64,000 nucleotides of DNA from contig JALDZX010000030.1 of assembly GCA_022813865.1 (NCBI GenBank), forward strand, positions 186,001 to 250,000, given 5' to 3'. The notes under the pieces were generated by a model. It was not told the DNA's origin. It was given only the letters and a program-made list of their open reading frames with translations, and searched no databases. Position numbers and translations under genes: made by a program. Shown piece by piece: positions 49,345 to 62,500 of the stretch (position 1 is its first letter; every line of letters begins with the position of its first letter). The DNA is from Xylographa opegraphella. Its lineage: Eukaryota.

Positions 49345-51663
49345 TCACGATATTCTCTCATCATATGAGCAACACTCGGAAGCCATAGGGGAGCCCAGGC
49401 CTCCAAAGCCCCAGCCTCTAACCTTGAAAGATATCTTGTTGGATCCGTTGTCCTTCATGATTTGGTTGAGCTCTTCGTCTATCAATGGGAAATCCAGGCA
49501 GTATGAACGTCCAAGCTGTCGCCCATCCGCATAAATTGTGAAGTATGAGAAAGGTCCGGTAATTTTGCTCCACGGGACGTTCTTGGGCCATTGAACTTTT
49601 TCTCCGTGCCACTTCCACGTCAGTCGTTTCTGTTTATTTGGGGCCACACCTCGGGTGACTAGCTGTATGCCATCGATAGTGAAGCTAGTAATACGTGCAT
49701 AAAGCACAGCCGCTGGCATGATGGCCACTCGAAAAACTCGCAAAATCTGTAAAGAAGCAGACGCTTCGATATTACCTTTGATGTAGAACCCTACCTCGAC
49801 CAAAATGGAGTCGTCATTTGCGGAGGAGATCGCTCTATGGACACTGGCCATTCTTGATGTCGAGTAAGGGAGTGCAAAGTACTGGTAGTGAACATCGGGA
49901 TCCATACTGGTTTTGATAGCGGCATACACGCCCACCTCGATACTCTCGCTTTCCTTAGTCCTAGCGTAACATATACTGAGATTGAGTGCATTAGCAACAG
50001 GCATCGCAACTTTGTATAGGCGTAGACGCCATGCGGTTGCGGAATTCGATAACAAGCTGCTCTGAGAAGCGGTTGTTTGGTCTTGAAGACTTGGACCCCC
50101 AATGAGCTTGGTATGCACTGTTAATACATGTCGTGGCCCGTGGCTTTTGTGTTCGTATAGGCCGTATAAAACTCGCTTTTTGGATTCGTTGCTTGCAGCT
50201 CTCTCGAGTAAAGAAAGCGGTTGTAAGTGGGGTAATATAGATTGAGAGCCTAGTCCCGAGCGATACATCTCCTGGAATCCGTCAGCCTCTCTTTCATTCT
50301 GGCATCATGTTCGTTACTTGTCCTTTATCGTCAGTCATCCTATCAAACGCCCTACCAAAATCGCTTTCGAGAAAAGTGGAAGAGCCTGCGGGAAACTCAT
50401 AGGCATTACTTGTGATAGGATTCGTTTCATACAACGCCGTTTTATGGACCTGGCCGTCCTTACAACCACATTGAACATTGTGCGGCAAGCTACTTCCATC
50501 CCAAAGAGATTGATCAACAGACTTGGCCAGAGGTTGTTGATCGAAAGACTCCGACGAGGTACGGAAATGCTCATATCCCCATGCCGGCCCAAAGATGGCG
50601 GATGAGAAGCCATGATCACTAAGTACTTTAACTGCCTGCAAAGTATTAGTTCTGCAGTAATATGTTTCACACTGAATGACGGGTGCCTTGTGCTGTGGGG
50701 ACCTACCCATCCTGTATTTGTACCCCCCCCACCTTCACGAGGGAAGGTTGTTCGTCGACGTCCGCTGCCAATGTTCTGAGCCCATACATCAATGCCGAAG
50801 AAGATTTCCGAGGTAATTATACCATGAGTAGCTGCAACACTCGTGGCTTCTTTCAACTTGGATTCAGTCCATTGGTAATTGGTGAATAGTGTATCAGCCG
50901 CTTTGGCAAACGGCAGATTCTTTTGGGTCAACCCATTCTGATACCTCACCTCGTTATCAACTGTTAATGCATCATACCAGGAAACTCGCAAGCAGCCTCC
51001 GAGAGCCTTTTTAAGAGACTCTATGAAGCCGACCAGTTCTTTAGTGGAGGTCGAAGCAAACTTTTTCTCAATATTTAGCAACCAACCATCAAAACCGTAT
51101 TTATGGGCCATATTAGCAAGTATTTCTGCCACAACATATCTGCCATCTGCCAACAATAGGATCCGGTCGATGTTAGCGGTTTGTGGTTCAACGAGAAATG
51201 TTCCCAATACCTCCACTCCATTCCGGTGAAGCGTATTGGTCCAGGTTGGAGGCGGCACACAACACAGCTTATGCGAGAAGTAGACAAACATATCAACATA
51301 TTGCAGGTATTCGCAACTGTACAGTTCGTCCTTTAAGGGCCTCGATCGCACACTCTCATAGTCATGGTAGCCGCCCTTGTAGTCATGACATAGAAGAACT
51401 TTAGATTTTGGTCCTGACTGGGAGGTGTTCGAAAGGTGCCGCCGTATACGGGGTGTGTTAGCACATTGAAGAGGATCCACAAGGTCTTCAGACCATGCGA
51501 GGACCTCATCAACAGTATCGAAATAGGCAAATCCCTTCAGCACATCCTGCAATCGCTGTTCAAGCCGTTCTTTCGGCGAAGGACCCCGATCCCCAGGAAA
51601 AGGATTCAGTATGTCACGTAGTTTCTTCCCAATGTCTCTCCAGTCAGGTAGTTGTATAAACAT
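49345..51663 (-). CDS. GH85 endo-beta-N-acetylglucosaminidase (ENGase)
   Basis: Exons 51663-50707, 50635-50318, 50271-49345 (734 codons). LLCHDYKGGY, FVYFSH, HRNGV.VLGT, catalytic GFDGWLLNIE, WYDAL, FTNYQW, GIDVW, AIFGPAW. Confidence 0.93.
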
Positions 51664-52181
51664 CTTAATTCAATTTGCTATGAAGTGAAGCTACCAACAG
51701 AATTTAGAAGTACATAAATGCAGATACGGTCTTCTCGCAAGTGGTGGGGATGAAAGGGCCGTCATGAACAGATTGATACCCATTCAGAAGAGTAAAGCCT
51801 AGCACCCGGTAGCTTGAACTATGATGTAATCGGATAGTATGGTAGCATGATTCTTTATATCTCTAGGTTTGGACTTTGATGATTGACAGCTGTGTACTTA
51901 TATAGAGAGCTTGCTCACTCTTTGCGCAGGCTTTTCTCCTTCCTCACAATACTTCGTGGAAATGAATTTCTTGGAAATGAATTTCTTTGAAATGCACTAG
52001 GATTACGGAGCTAGTGTTTAGCTTTCTACGCTAGTCCTCCCTAGCACCCGCCCCCTGCTATTCTTGATACTGAATTTCGAATGCGTGTCCTCGAGCGAAT
52101 CCTAACATTCGAGTGCTTCTTCACTTTTCGGGCAATTGTCAATACGATACTTTTCGACGCAAGCATCAATCGCGATTTATC

Positions 52182-53127
52182 ATGATGAATCTATTTCGAA
52201 TACTAGGTAAGAATGCCTTGACAACATTATTTATGAACGGAGAATAATAGTATTGATCCCGGCAGCGGATCTATCGCACCTTGTGTCGATATTGATTCTA
52301 TTACGAAAGATGAAATCGTCACACGTATGAATCCTAAACCTCTAGGAACTAAGAGAGAGATTGTCACCACTGACCTTCTAAACAGAGCGCATCGGGCATA
52401 TCATTCAAATCGCAAGCTCTTTACCTGATTGTCTATGTGACAAGATATCTCGGTAATTCGATGCTGTATCACCCTGGAAGCGCACAACGCTGATATGCAG
52501 CGAACACTAGATATATTTTGGACCTTCACAAACTCGGCCTGGAACACAACCTTCAAGCTCCTCTTTCTCGGATCTTCGGCATACACCGTCTACCTTATGA
52601 TCAACGACTATAAACCCACTCACGATCCAGGCGTTGACACATTCAAGGTCGAGTACCTACTCGGAGGTAGTGCGATATTGGCGATAATCTTCCCTTACGA
52701 ATACACCCCCACAGAGGTACGCCCATATCCTTGCCTACCGGGGAGGGGTTTACATTACCACAATATAACAAGAAATTGACAGTAATAGATACTATGGGCT
52801 TTCTCGATATGGCTCGAGTCTGTGGCTATTCTACCCCAACTTTTCATGCTGCAGAGAACCGGCGAAGCGGAAACAATTACAACACATTACATATTCGCAC
52901 TGGGAATTTACCGAGCGTTATATATACCCAATTGGCTATATAGGTATTTCGCGCATGGCCATGTCGACCAGATTGCCTGGGTAGCTGGGATCGTCCAAAC
53001 TGTGCTGTACTCGGACTTCTTCTGGATTTATTACACAAAGTAAGCTCTTGATTTGGCTGATCTTCAATCCAGCTGACACATCTGTAACAGAGTGATGCAG
53101 GGCAAAAAGTTCAATCTTCCAGTATAG
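52182..53127 (+). CDS. ERD2: ER lumen protein-retaining (HDEL) receptor
   Basis: Exons 52182-52206, 52266-52324, 52386-52452, 52511-52716, 52789-53039, 53091-53127 (214 aa). [62 protein letters not shown]. Confidence 0.97.
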
Positions 53128-56008
53128 GTTTCACGTCATTTGGTGTCTGGAGTTCGCGACCGTACCTCACAGTCGCTCGTCGTCCGATGTGTATATACAA
53201 TGGGAGGTCCGGAGGTAGCGGGCACGGTAGGTATCACAGCATAATAGCAAGCGTTTCAATTTCAAAGCATTCTCGAGATTCATGACCAGCGTAATGTTCT
53301 TTTCGACGATGTGACTATGCATGATGACTTCCGTTTCGTAGGTGTGCCACTACGGGATATGACAGGCCTTGGGTCAATCGACCCTACGACTTTCTACGAC
53401 TTGGAAGAGACAGAATCATCGACTTTGTGAAACGAGGTTGGCACTGATAGCCGAATGTGTTCCATCCACGCTTCAATGCCACCCAGTCATGGGTTGCGTT
53501 CGGAGTAAGACCATAAATCCCCAAGGCGTTGATGGCTGTGGACGGTCTGGGTAGTTTCTACCCCTTGGGACCGTAAAGATTGCTTTGCCAGAATATTCCA
53601 GGACGTGCTTGTTCAGTCCCTCTTCCCATGATGGACAAGTCTTTCAGAAGCCGATGGAAATTCTCACTGCATCTTTGGGTGGTTTACCGATACCCAGAAT
53701 CCGCTTTCTCGCTGGTGTCGCCGGCTTCTGTGTTCATGGACCGTACTGTGCGCTGTAGCTACAGCCAGTCACCAGATTCTTGGAAAGTCGTGCTCGACCC
53801 AAGGTCCATCATCCGCTATCAGATAAACATTTCTGCAAATAGATACACTGGCCCCACCTGCAAAAAGAAATCCCTCAAAAAACTAAATCACGAAAAACAC
53901 TGTTCGCAGAGTTCAGGCATCCAACCCACAGGCAAAACTTTCGTCCTCGGCGATCGAGCCAATCGCAATCTTGCAGTTTCGTTCAATGGCTAACGGGTCG
54001 GCAGATTGTCACCACCACGCATTTCTGCGTTTCCTTAGGGGTCTGCAATACGATTCATTCCGGAGCGTATCAAATACCACGTCGAAAGCCTGGCAAAGCA
54101 CGTGGAAAATGCTTGTCGCTGGACGCCGCAAGACCACGTGAAAATCAGGGTCCAGGGTGTGGCTGCCGATTGGCTTAACGGGCTTTCGGCGTCTCGGAAA
54201 GGCTCCTCGCTTGTTATACGCTAGCTCCGGAAAGGGAATCTGCGACGACGAAGTCTGTTTAACGCGTCTAGAACGCGTCGTTGGCATCAAAGAGCGATCT
54301 CGTGAGCGTGGGAAAGGGGTAGAGTTGCTCGTCACTCGAAGGCTATCATGACGGCAATGAAGATGTCAAGGGGAAATGGTGACTGCCGATGACAGTAATG
54401 AGTGATGTGGACATCGAGTCAACTGTGCTGGATGTGAAACTGCTTGCTTCAAGAGACCATGGGACAATGCAATTGCTACGCAGAACACAGGGGCCTCACT
54501 AAGTTTCTCGAACACGCCAGCCTAGTGCAGAGTGGACTTTGCTTCCACATTAACTTAACTAAATACTCTACTATTGCGCGTGCCGATATCTGCCATGTTG
54601 ACATTGGTCAGCATCTGGTGTGAAGCTGCGAGGAGCGTCCAGTGGGTCCAACAGTGAATGGACAGGAAGCAGCTCGACCGGCCGAACGCGCAAACCTGTC
54701 CATTTCTCATGATGAGGGCTACCTAGCGCTACATGCTGCCTCGGCTGGTCTATCTCGCGTCTCTCTCTCCTTTGGCACTGACATTCCATCTTCTGTCGCT
54801 GGCACGTAGAGGCTCTCATACCCTCGCGTCATGAAGCATCAAAGCATAATGGTACGCCCTCCATGATTAAGCCAGCCCCTATCTCTTGGACCTCGGTCAT
54901 GGCAGTGCTCTTGCCGACAACAAGGCTAAGATTGTCATTGCGTCAATCGAGAGACGAACAGGGATACTATTGGGTTCCACGCTAGCGGCGAGAATCGTGA
55001 TGCTTCCTACAGACGGATGGGTCCCACCAACAGAAGGGTCCTGCCTTTGGGTCTTCGAAATGGCTGTGTGTGACAACAAAGGCAGCGATCTTGAAGTGTT
55101 TCAAACGGGAGTTTGAGTTGATATATATGATTGAATTGACACGATACTAGGTACTCCTTTGAATCGATACCCATCACGAATAGGTACAATACCTGTTGCA
55201 CACGATACCTCAAGTGGTGCGGGAGTATTGCCCAAGTTTTTCCTCCGGTTCTTTGACTCATTGCATCTTTGAAAACTCTCTATCCATTTCTTCTACGTGA
55301 GGTGTGGCTACTTGCCTAGCCTGAGGCTCCTGGCCTCCCAAGGTTTATCTCAGAACTCTGGCGAAGAGTTTTTCGGCTGTGATGCTTCGATCGATCACCG
55401 TGATGTGTGGGCCACTCGAACGGCATTGACCCTCAGAGCCCGATGCCGTTGGCATCCTGTCGATATACGTTCGTCCCTTGAAAATTCTCTTGATGCTTTA
55501 TTGAATGAAAGTTCTTGTTTATTGTGAATGGTCATAATCCCACGGTACCAACCCAAACATAGGCGTTCAAGCTTCGGCCAGCAGTGAAAAATTGTCTCTC
55601 CCTTCTTCGATTGAGATTGGCGCTCAATATATCCCTCAGTGTTCTGTTATCCACTTTGAAAATAACCCTTTTTATGGGTCTCGCAGAGTCATGATCTCAA
55701 CGTCAGTGTTTGGTAGCCTGAAGTATCCCATTGTTCAGTTCGAACTGACGATACTATGCTGGTGGAAAGCTTCTGCTGTTCGTGTATAAATTGAACTCCT
55801 GGTCCTCCAAACCTGTTTTTTCTCCAGATACTGTCTTGACTGTTGTGAACTATTAGTAACTTCAATCACTTCAAGTAATTAATCAAAACTTCCATCACTC
55901 TAGACTCTCGCTCTCCTCGTACTACCACTTCCTATCCCCCTTTATCACCTTCCCTCTTCCGACGGTCTTACCTCACAGAACCCCCTTCAACAGCACTTCA
56001 ACGTCGAG

Positions 56009-57169
56009 ATGGCAAACCAGGAAATCGTTCGTGTGCCGCAGACCGCAGATGATCTCCTCCGGTTTGCAGTGCCAGAGGACGAGATGCCAACATTGGACAA
56101 TACCATGAACTTGATAAGAGCGTAAGCACAACAACGTTGAAGCACTGTATGAATTACCTAACACTAAGTCAACAACTAGGCACATTGAGAGCAAGAGTGA
56201 GACGAAGTATGGAGCTGCAAAGAGCTCACTGTTCCCAACGGCAGAGCACATTGCCGAGATCAAGGCATTCCTGGAGACCATCCCATTGACCGAGGAGGCC
56301 AGATCATTCTGCCCCAAGAGTTTACAGGTCGAGGGAGGAGCGAAGCAGAATGGCAAGAGCGACCCCGCGGCCCAATGGAGGCACGGAAAGAGCGAGAAGT
56401 ACCGCTTGGTTTGTTTACCCGTCCTTAAAAGCTCCTCGTTGTTGCACCTTCAGTCACTAACATCATTCTCCCCACAGGACGATGCTGGCATAGTATGGGC
56501 CACAGGCGAGAGCAAAGGTGGATACGTTGTGCCGCGTGAACAGGTACACAACGTACTTGTGTGGGCACACCACACGACTGGACATGGGGGTAGGGACCCC
56601 ATGTACACCCTGATCAAGCGCCACTACTGCGAGAGCAGGTAGATCACTCCACATGTACCGATGACGACAAGATGCTAACGATTAATAGCTTCTCGAAGGC
56701 GTTCATCAACGACTGGGCGGCCACTTGTGGCCACCAGAAATGCCAGAAGAAGCCAAGGGGGGCGAAACGAGGACTGGCGGCGCCGCTGAGGACCCGGGCC
56801 ACGGCCCGTCAACCGACTGTGGCCCATCAAGAGGTCAGAAGCCACGACGACGGCGCCGCTGCTCCAGTCCCCTTGCTGGATGCTACGGTATACCCTGCGT
56901 ACAGCTTGGAGCAAGCTGTACCCGAACCAGAGACCATGCCTGCGTTGGAGAAGCTGGCTGCATGGACTGAACCGACGGTGTCGGCTACACCGCGAGTCCT
57001 ATTCAATCCAGCAGAGCTTCCACGGTACGACCCCGTACCGCCAATGGCAAACGATGAAGGGGGCGACCCCGAATTCAACATGGACGATTGGCTGGATTTC
57101 TCCACCGAGTTCGGCGAGTATATGGGCGACTTCGACGTGAACTTCGATGTCGGCTCCTCGGCAGGGTAG
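56009..57169 (+). CDS. Integrase zinc-binding (HHCC) domain protein without catalytic core
   Basis: Exons 56009-56121, 56180-56408, 56478-56638, 56689-57169 (327 aa). VPREQVHNVLVWAHHTTGHGGRDPMYTLIKRHY...FSKAFINDWAATCGHQKC, then KKPRGAKR and an acidic-aromatic tail. Confidence 0.8.
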
Positions 57170-57494
57170 TCACCATCCCGGGTAGTGGCTCTGAAAAGTT
57201 CAGTTAAGGATGGCTTCTTTTTAAGGTATAGTAACCACGATGCTGCGTTGATTCTCATCGACTGACAGCGAGGCAGACATCTTGTGAACTGGAGAAATTG
57301 AAACATGGACACAGCAAGTGTGACACGACAGGCACGGAATCCAGCTAAAGCGTTATGAGATGCGAGAGCATGATAAATCACGAGTATCTGGACGTCACGC
57401 ATCTATCATAACAAGCGGAATCACGAATGAGACAGGAATGCAACAATTTTGTGAAGAGTCATTCGGATTGATGGCTTCTCGCCAAACAAGAACG

Positions 57495-58763
57495 TCAGAG
57501 CTCATCATCCGAGGTCTCATAGCCATCAAGACTTCGCTCATCTTCCACGTCAGCCTCTTTTCGATCGCCTTTACTGCTCTTATGTGCAGAGATCGTCTCG
57601 GGCTTCTCCTCGATCTCCTTTCTGCCTATCGTACTAAAAGGCAGTTCCCTCCGAGGCGGTGGCTCATCCACATCCATCGCAAGAGGAGCACCTTCAAGAG
57701 CCTTACCTTTGTGGCCAGTACCAGACCTACTCAACTCATTTCGCGTTCCAGTATGGAGATCGTCGTCATCACTTGCAACTTCAAGATCCGACTGCTCCGG
57801 CGTCACAGAATCTGGGTATTCCGCAGCAACATCCCCGAATTCAGTATCTTCGGAGCCAGATACAGAAGCAGCGGGTTCGATCCTTTGCTTCCTTTTGTTG
57901 GGACGAGATGTTTCTGGGTGTGCACCTGTGGATGAGTATCGAGCAGCGCGTACTGCTTGAGCTGCAATCTTGCTTAGCTTGATATTACCAAAGGACATGA
58001 GGTTATGAGGGAAGAAGTCTTCGGAAGCAAGACGAATGCTATGTACATGGCCTACCTAATTTGGAGTCGACTTTAGCAGTCGCTAGCAAGCGTTGTTGGT
58101 CGCGAATTTTGAGTTTCTTTGCATTCAGCAGTACCATAAATCGTTCAAGCGACGATGATACATACTGCTGCTGTGCTGTGATCAGGTCTTCGATCTGTAG
58201 ATTCAGCTTCTTGACAAGCTCGTTCTGCTCCCGGAACTTGTTAGATAACTCTGTGAATTCGCCTTCCAGACTGTCAGCATGACAAATAGCAGTCTTCAAC
58301 CATGCGATGGTGTCAATTTCCTGGTCGTCGTCCTGCTTAAGTACGATCTCGCCGACACGCTGCTGTATCCCAGATATGTTCTTCCGAAATACAATAGACA
58401 GCTGATCGCCAACAAGTGAAGCAACTACTTCAAGATTGGCCAGTGCTTCCCGAGCACTTGCCGTCGGTCGCTCCTGCACCAATATCGTGTGCAAAATGGC
58501 CTCCCACTGAGAAATGGTCACAGAGCTATTCTTTAACAGCAGTTTAGAGACACCTGATTCTTTGACTGTTGCTCAGGCGATCAGCGGTTGAACATTACAC
58601 GACGTCCAGAGTCCAAATTACCAGTCTCCAAGTATGGATTAGTGCCTTCTGTTCCGATGAGTTTGAGATCAAGCAAGGCTGGGCCATTCGAACTGACATT
58701 AATAATGACATATTCACCATGGATGTCGCTACGAGGGATTCGAATCACATGATCAGACGCCAT
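57495..58763 (-). CDS. XRCC4: XRCC4/Lif1-like NHEJ factor
   Basis: Exons 58763-58622, 58565-58056, 57961-57495 (373 codons). Head domain (LDLKLIGTEG..PY, RKNISGIQQRVGEI.L), coiled coil ending FMVLLNAKKLKIRDQQRLL, acidic tail ETSDDEL. Confidence 0.85.
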
Positions 58764-59052
58764 CAGCAGGACTCTCAGAGGGAACGACGAAGGATCAGAG
58801 ATATACAAATGGAATGGAATCTTATTAATCCATCCAGCAGCTGCGAAAGATATAGCAAGTTGCTGGAATGGGTCCTCTGGCTGAAACAACAAGCACCGTC
58901 CAGGCTTCTTTTCTCCCTGCCTGCATGACACGAGGTCGCGCGTGGGCCGCAGTGTAGGGCTGAAGCGGATCGCTCTTGGCGTGTGCGCCAGGGTCCGTTA
59001 CGACCAGCCTCCTTCAATTTGCAGCCCAACCTTCTTTGCACTTCAATTCAAC

Positions 59053-59131
59053 CATTGCGCGAACGACAATTGCGCGAACAACAAGATCGACCGATTTTAC
59101 GACCACATAAGTCGACCACATAAGTCGACCA
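59053..59131. repeat. Two short tandem duplications in the XRCC4/byr4 divergent promoter
   Basis: ATTGCGCGAAC(G/A)ACA x2 and CGACCACATAAGT x2.4. Confidence 0.8.
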
Positions 59132-59507
59132 TCAGCATCGATGATGTCGCAACAGGCCGCTTTCCATCGCAGCTCGGGTCTCCAGGACGGGTGAGAGAGG
59201 TTGCACACCCTGTTATCGATTGCCGACCGCTATTGAGACCTGCAGCGGACCTAAACACACCAAATTCACCAACCACACGACTGGACAGAAGACGCTGAAA
59301 AAACATTGTATTCAACTCAAACAGCTGCGACAATGACCTAACGACGGAATTATACGACTTACGGCCTGCTCTTCAATTCTTTCGCGTGGTCCCATTTTTT
59401 GACACAGGCCATAATAGAACAATCGGGAAATTCAAGAGTGTTGTTTGCATCTAACCAAGATCCCCGATCATACTTTTCATACACCTAAGCCTACAAGGAC
59501 TTTCGAC

Positions 59508-62500
59508 ATGGAGCCTCTCAGCCTGAAACTTCCACGGCCAGTGGAAGCCGAGTTCGAAAACTGGGACGACGACGTGGACCTCCAAGGCTTTGACGATTTA
59601 CAATTTCGAAATGTTTCCAGCACCACAGTCGGAACTAGCTTTTCATCTTCGCATCATCGCGATTCAATTTCATCACGGACTTCTGTCAAGTCGGACATTG
59701 ATGGCGATGAGTTGGTAGAGATGCAAATAGTAACTGGCGACGACGCTGCCATGACCAACGCAATAGCTTCTGCAAAACGTGCCGGTATACCGATCCCATC
59801 AAACGTGCCAAGCTCGGCTTTATTAGCGGGAACGATCAAGAGATTAGGCGGAAGGCAAATAAAGAAGGCCTTGCGCGAGGACTGGGGCGAGGATCTCGAA
59901 CTGCCTAAGTCTGATGAAGGTGGACTGAAGCTCAAAAAGAATGAAGAGCAAGAGTTTCCTGACCAGCTCAGGCATATCAGTGCAGCATTCATCAAGACTC
60001 CAAGTCCCTCGAAGCCTACATCGAACATGAGCTTCCTGGAACGCATTCAGTCGGCAGGAAAAGCCAGAGCCACTGTTTCTGTTCTGGCCAAATTTCGTGA
60101 TGATGAGAACAACGACGACTTTGGAGACGTGCCAACCATTAGAGTGGCGAAAAACCGCCCCTCCACGAAAATGTTGGATTTCACGCCCCCTCAAGTGGAT
60201 CCTGCTAAGGCATCCCAAGAGGTGGAAAACTTTGAAGAGGATCTTATATTCCCCGCCGACGGCGAACCACTCAAGCTATCTGCTCGTAAAGACATTCCGA
60301 AACCTCCTGTTGTACAAAAGCAAGATGACTTCGATGCTGATTGGGGAGATGGTAGTCAAGGCAGTTTGGGCACTTCATTAGGAGGCACACGAAGGACCGG
60401 CAGATCCAATCGAAGCTCTTCTATTTCTGCGCTGAGCCCTAGTGTATTCAGCCCAAGCTTATCCAGTTGTTTGACAGTGGAGAGTGAGGATGAAGGTCTG
60501 GACGGCTTAGTTTTGCCAGATGGGCCTCTCAAATTGGAAGAAGCACTGAAAAAACGAGTGGAGAATGCGTCGCCTGATCCCACCGATGGAAGAAAACCGG
60601 AGGTCCGAGCAGCTGCAAAAGAGGACTTCTTTACTGGTATTGAAATTGGGGATGGAGACGTCTTCGACTCTGGAAAACTTACTCTCAATCGAAATATCAA
60701 ACACATATTAGCAAGGCAAACGAGTCCTACTAGACGAACGGCCGTCACTTTAACATTCACCAACAAACCACAGGCAATCACAACTCGTATACCCAAGTTA
60801 CAGACGCACGATCGCAACCGGTCAAAATTGGAGTCTGTATCAGAGGAAAAGGGGGTTCCCGCGTTAAATGCTTACCGCTCTCAATCCCGTGTGGGAGGTC
60901 ACTCGGCTCAGTCATCTGTCTCGAGTATACCTACTCCTTCTACTACATCATTTCCCTTAAGCTCAGCGCCATCAACCCCAAGCCGGAGAGGGTTGAATAC
61001 CAGACCTTCTCGTGAAGCAATGAGGGCGGAGTCTTCTACCAGCAACCCGCCCACGACTACAAGTGCTCAGCTTCTCAAAGCCAAAAGGTCTGTCACAGGT
61101 ATGAGAAATCTTGCATCACCAGCTCGAGTACAATCATATCAGCGCCCTCCGTCTCGATCGGAAAATCCTTCGCGAACCGCGCCACCGTCAAGGCCTAAAA
61201 CACCTGTGGATCGTTCCAGCGCTGGATCCAATCAAACTGTCACTCGACGACCTCCTGTTCCTTTCCTTTCTGCAGGTAACGGGCGCGCCCAGTCTCACCA
61301 TGTTAGCAGTAAACGCAGCACGCATCGACCGAACTCCTCGGACTCCAGTGAGAATATACCTTTAAACCGACCGATATCTCGACTCTCGAACCCTCACTAC
61401 CGTTCGACCTCTCCCAGTCTTCGTCGTGATGTGGCTCCCGAGTCGCTCGCACGGGAAGCTGCCGCAAAAAGAACTTTGACCAAGCCGACTCGTCGCCGTG
61501 CCTTTGGTGATGGGAGCGAGCTTGACGTCTTTGACGACTTGCCTACATCGGCAGCCACGGAATCCAAGTTCGTCAAGCAGCCTATTCGGAGCAAACCAAG
61601 CAATTTACGAACAAAGTTGAATACTTTGCAGAACCCTTCAACCAGCAGCCTTGTACGGATGGATGCTACAACCCTATCAACTCCACTTTCTCCACAGAAG
61701 AACGACTTAAATGTGCCCCGGTTTGCTCGTGACACCGCAGCTTCACGTACTGCCCGCGAACAACGCATTGGACCTCAAATAACTCAACCACAGCACGGCA
61801 CGCATGCTGCAGAGCCTCATACTCCTTTGGCTCCTCTTAGCTCTAACTGGAAGTCCAGGGTTGCTGCCAGACCTCTGGACTCACCCCGCCACAACACCAA
61901 ACGTAGTACCAAACCTCCACAAAAGCCACAGCTCATCAAGCCATTAGGCCACGGTGTGCATGATACCAAAAATGTGAATGGTATGCATTACAATCCACAG
62001 CTCTACCGGTGGGAAGGCAACGAGAACGCTCTTGCGCCTTTCGATGTCCCTTCAACGACCGGTCCTGGAAGTCCGAAGGCCAAGGGACTTGGAATACAGA
62101 GCAAACCGGCTCTCATCGCTAATTTTGGTAGCGTGAAAGGAGTCCAAGTTGTTGGTGGTATGGTCTTCGATCCTCAACGAATGTGCTGGCTAAAGATGGC
62201 ACCGAACGCCTCCAACCCTCGACACCACCGGAGTGAAAGCGGCGGAATGAGTCCTGCGACGGAAGATGATGAGGATGATGTCTTTGCAGGACTGGACGAT
62301 CTGGAAGACGGACACAGTAAGAGCAGCATACTCGCGGGCCAAGAACGGAAGGAAGGAAACCTGGCGGATGACGAATGGCTTGTGGGAGAAGAGTTTGATG
62401 TTGGTCCGGAATTCATCCGTAGGCAGCGAGCGGAGGAGGAAAAGTGGCGGAGAAAGGTCGATGGCTGGGTCGGGCAGGGCGCCGGCAGGGAGGACGGGGA

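Noticed and set aside
53300..55800. Short ORFs between ERD2 and the zinc-finger gene, checked for transposon remnants
   Set aside because: No RT, RNase H, DDE or terminal-repeat signature seen; frames interrupted by many stops.
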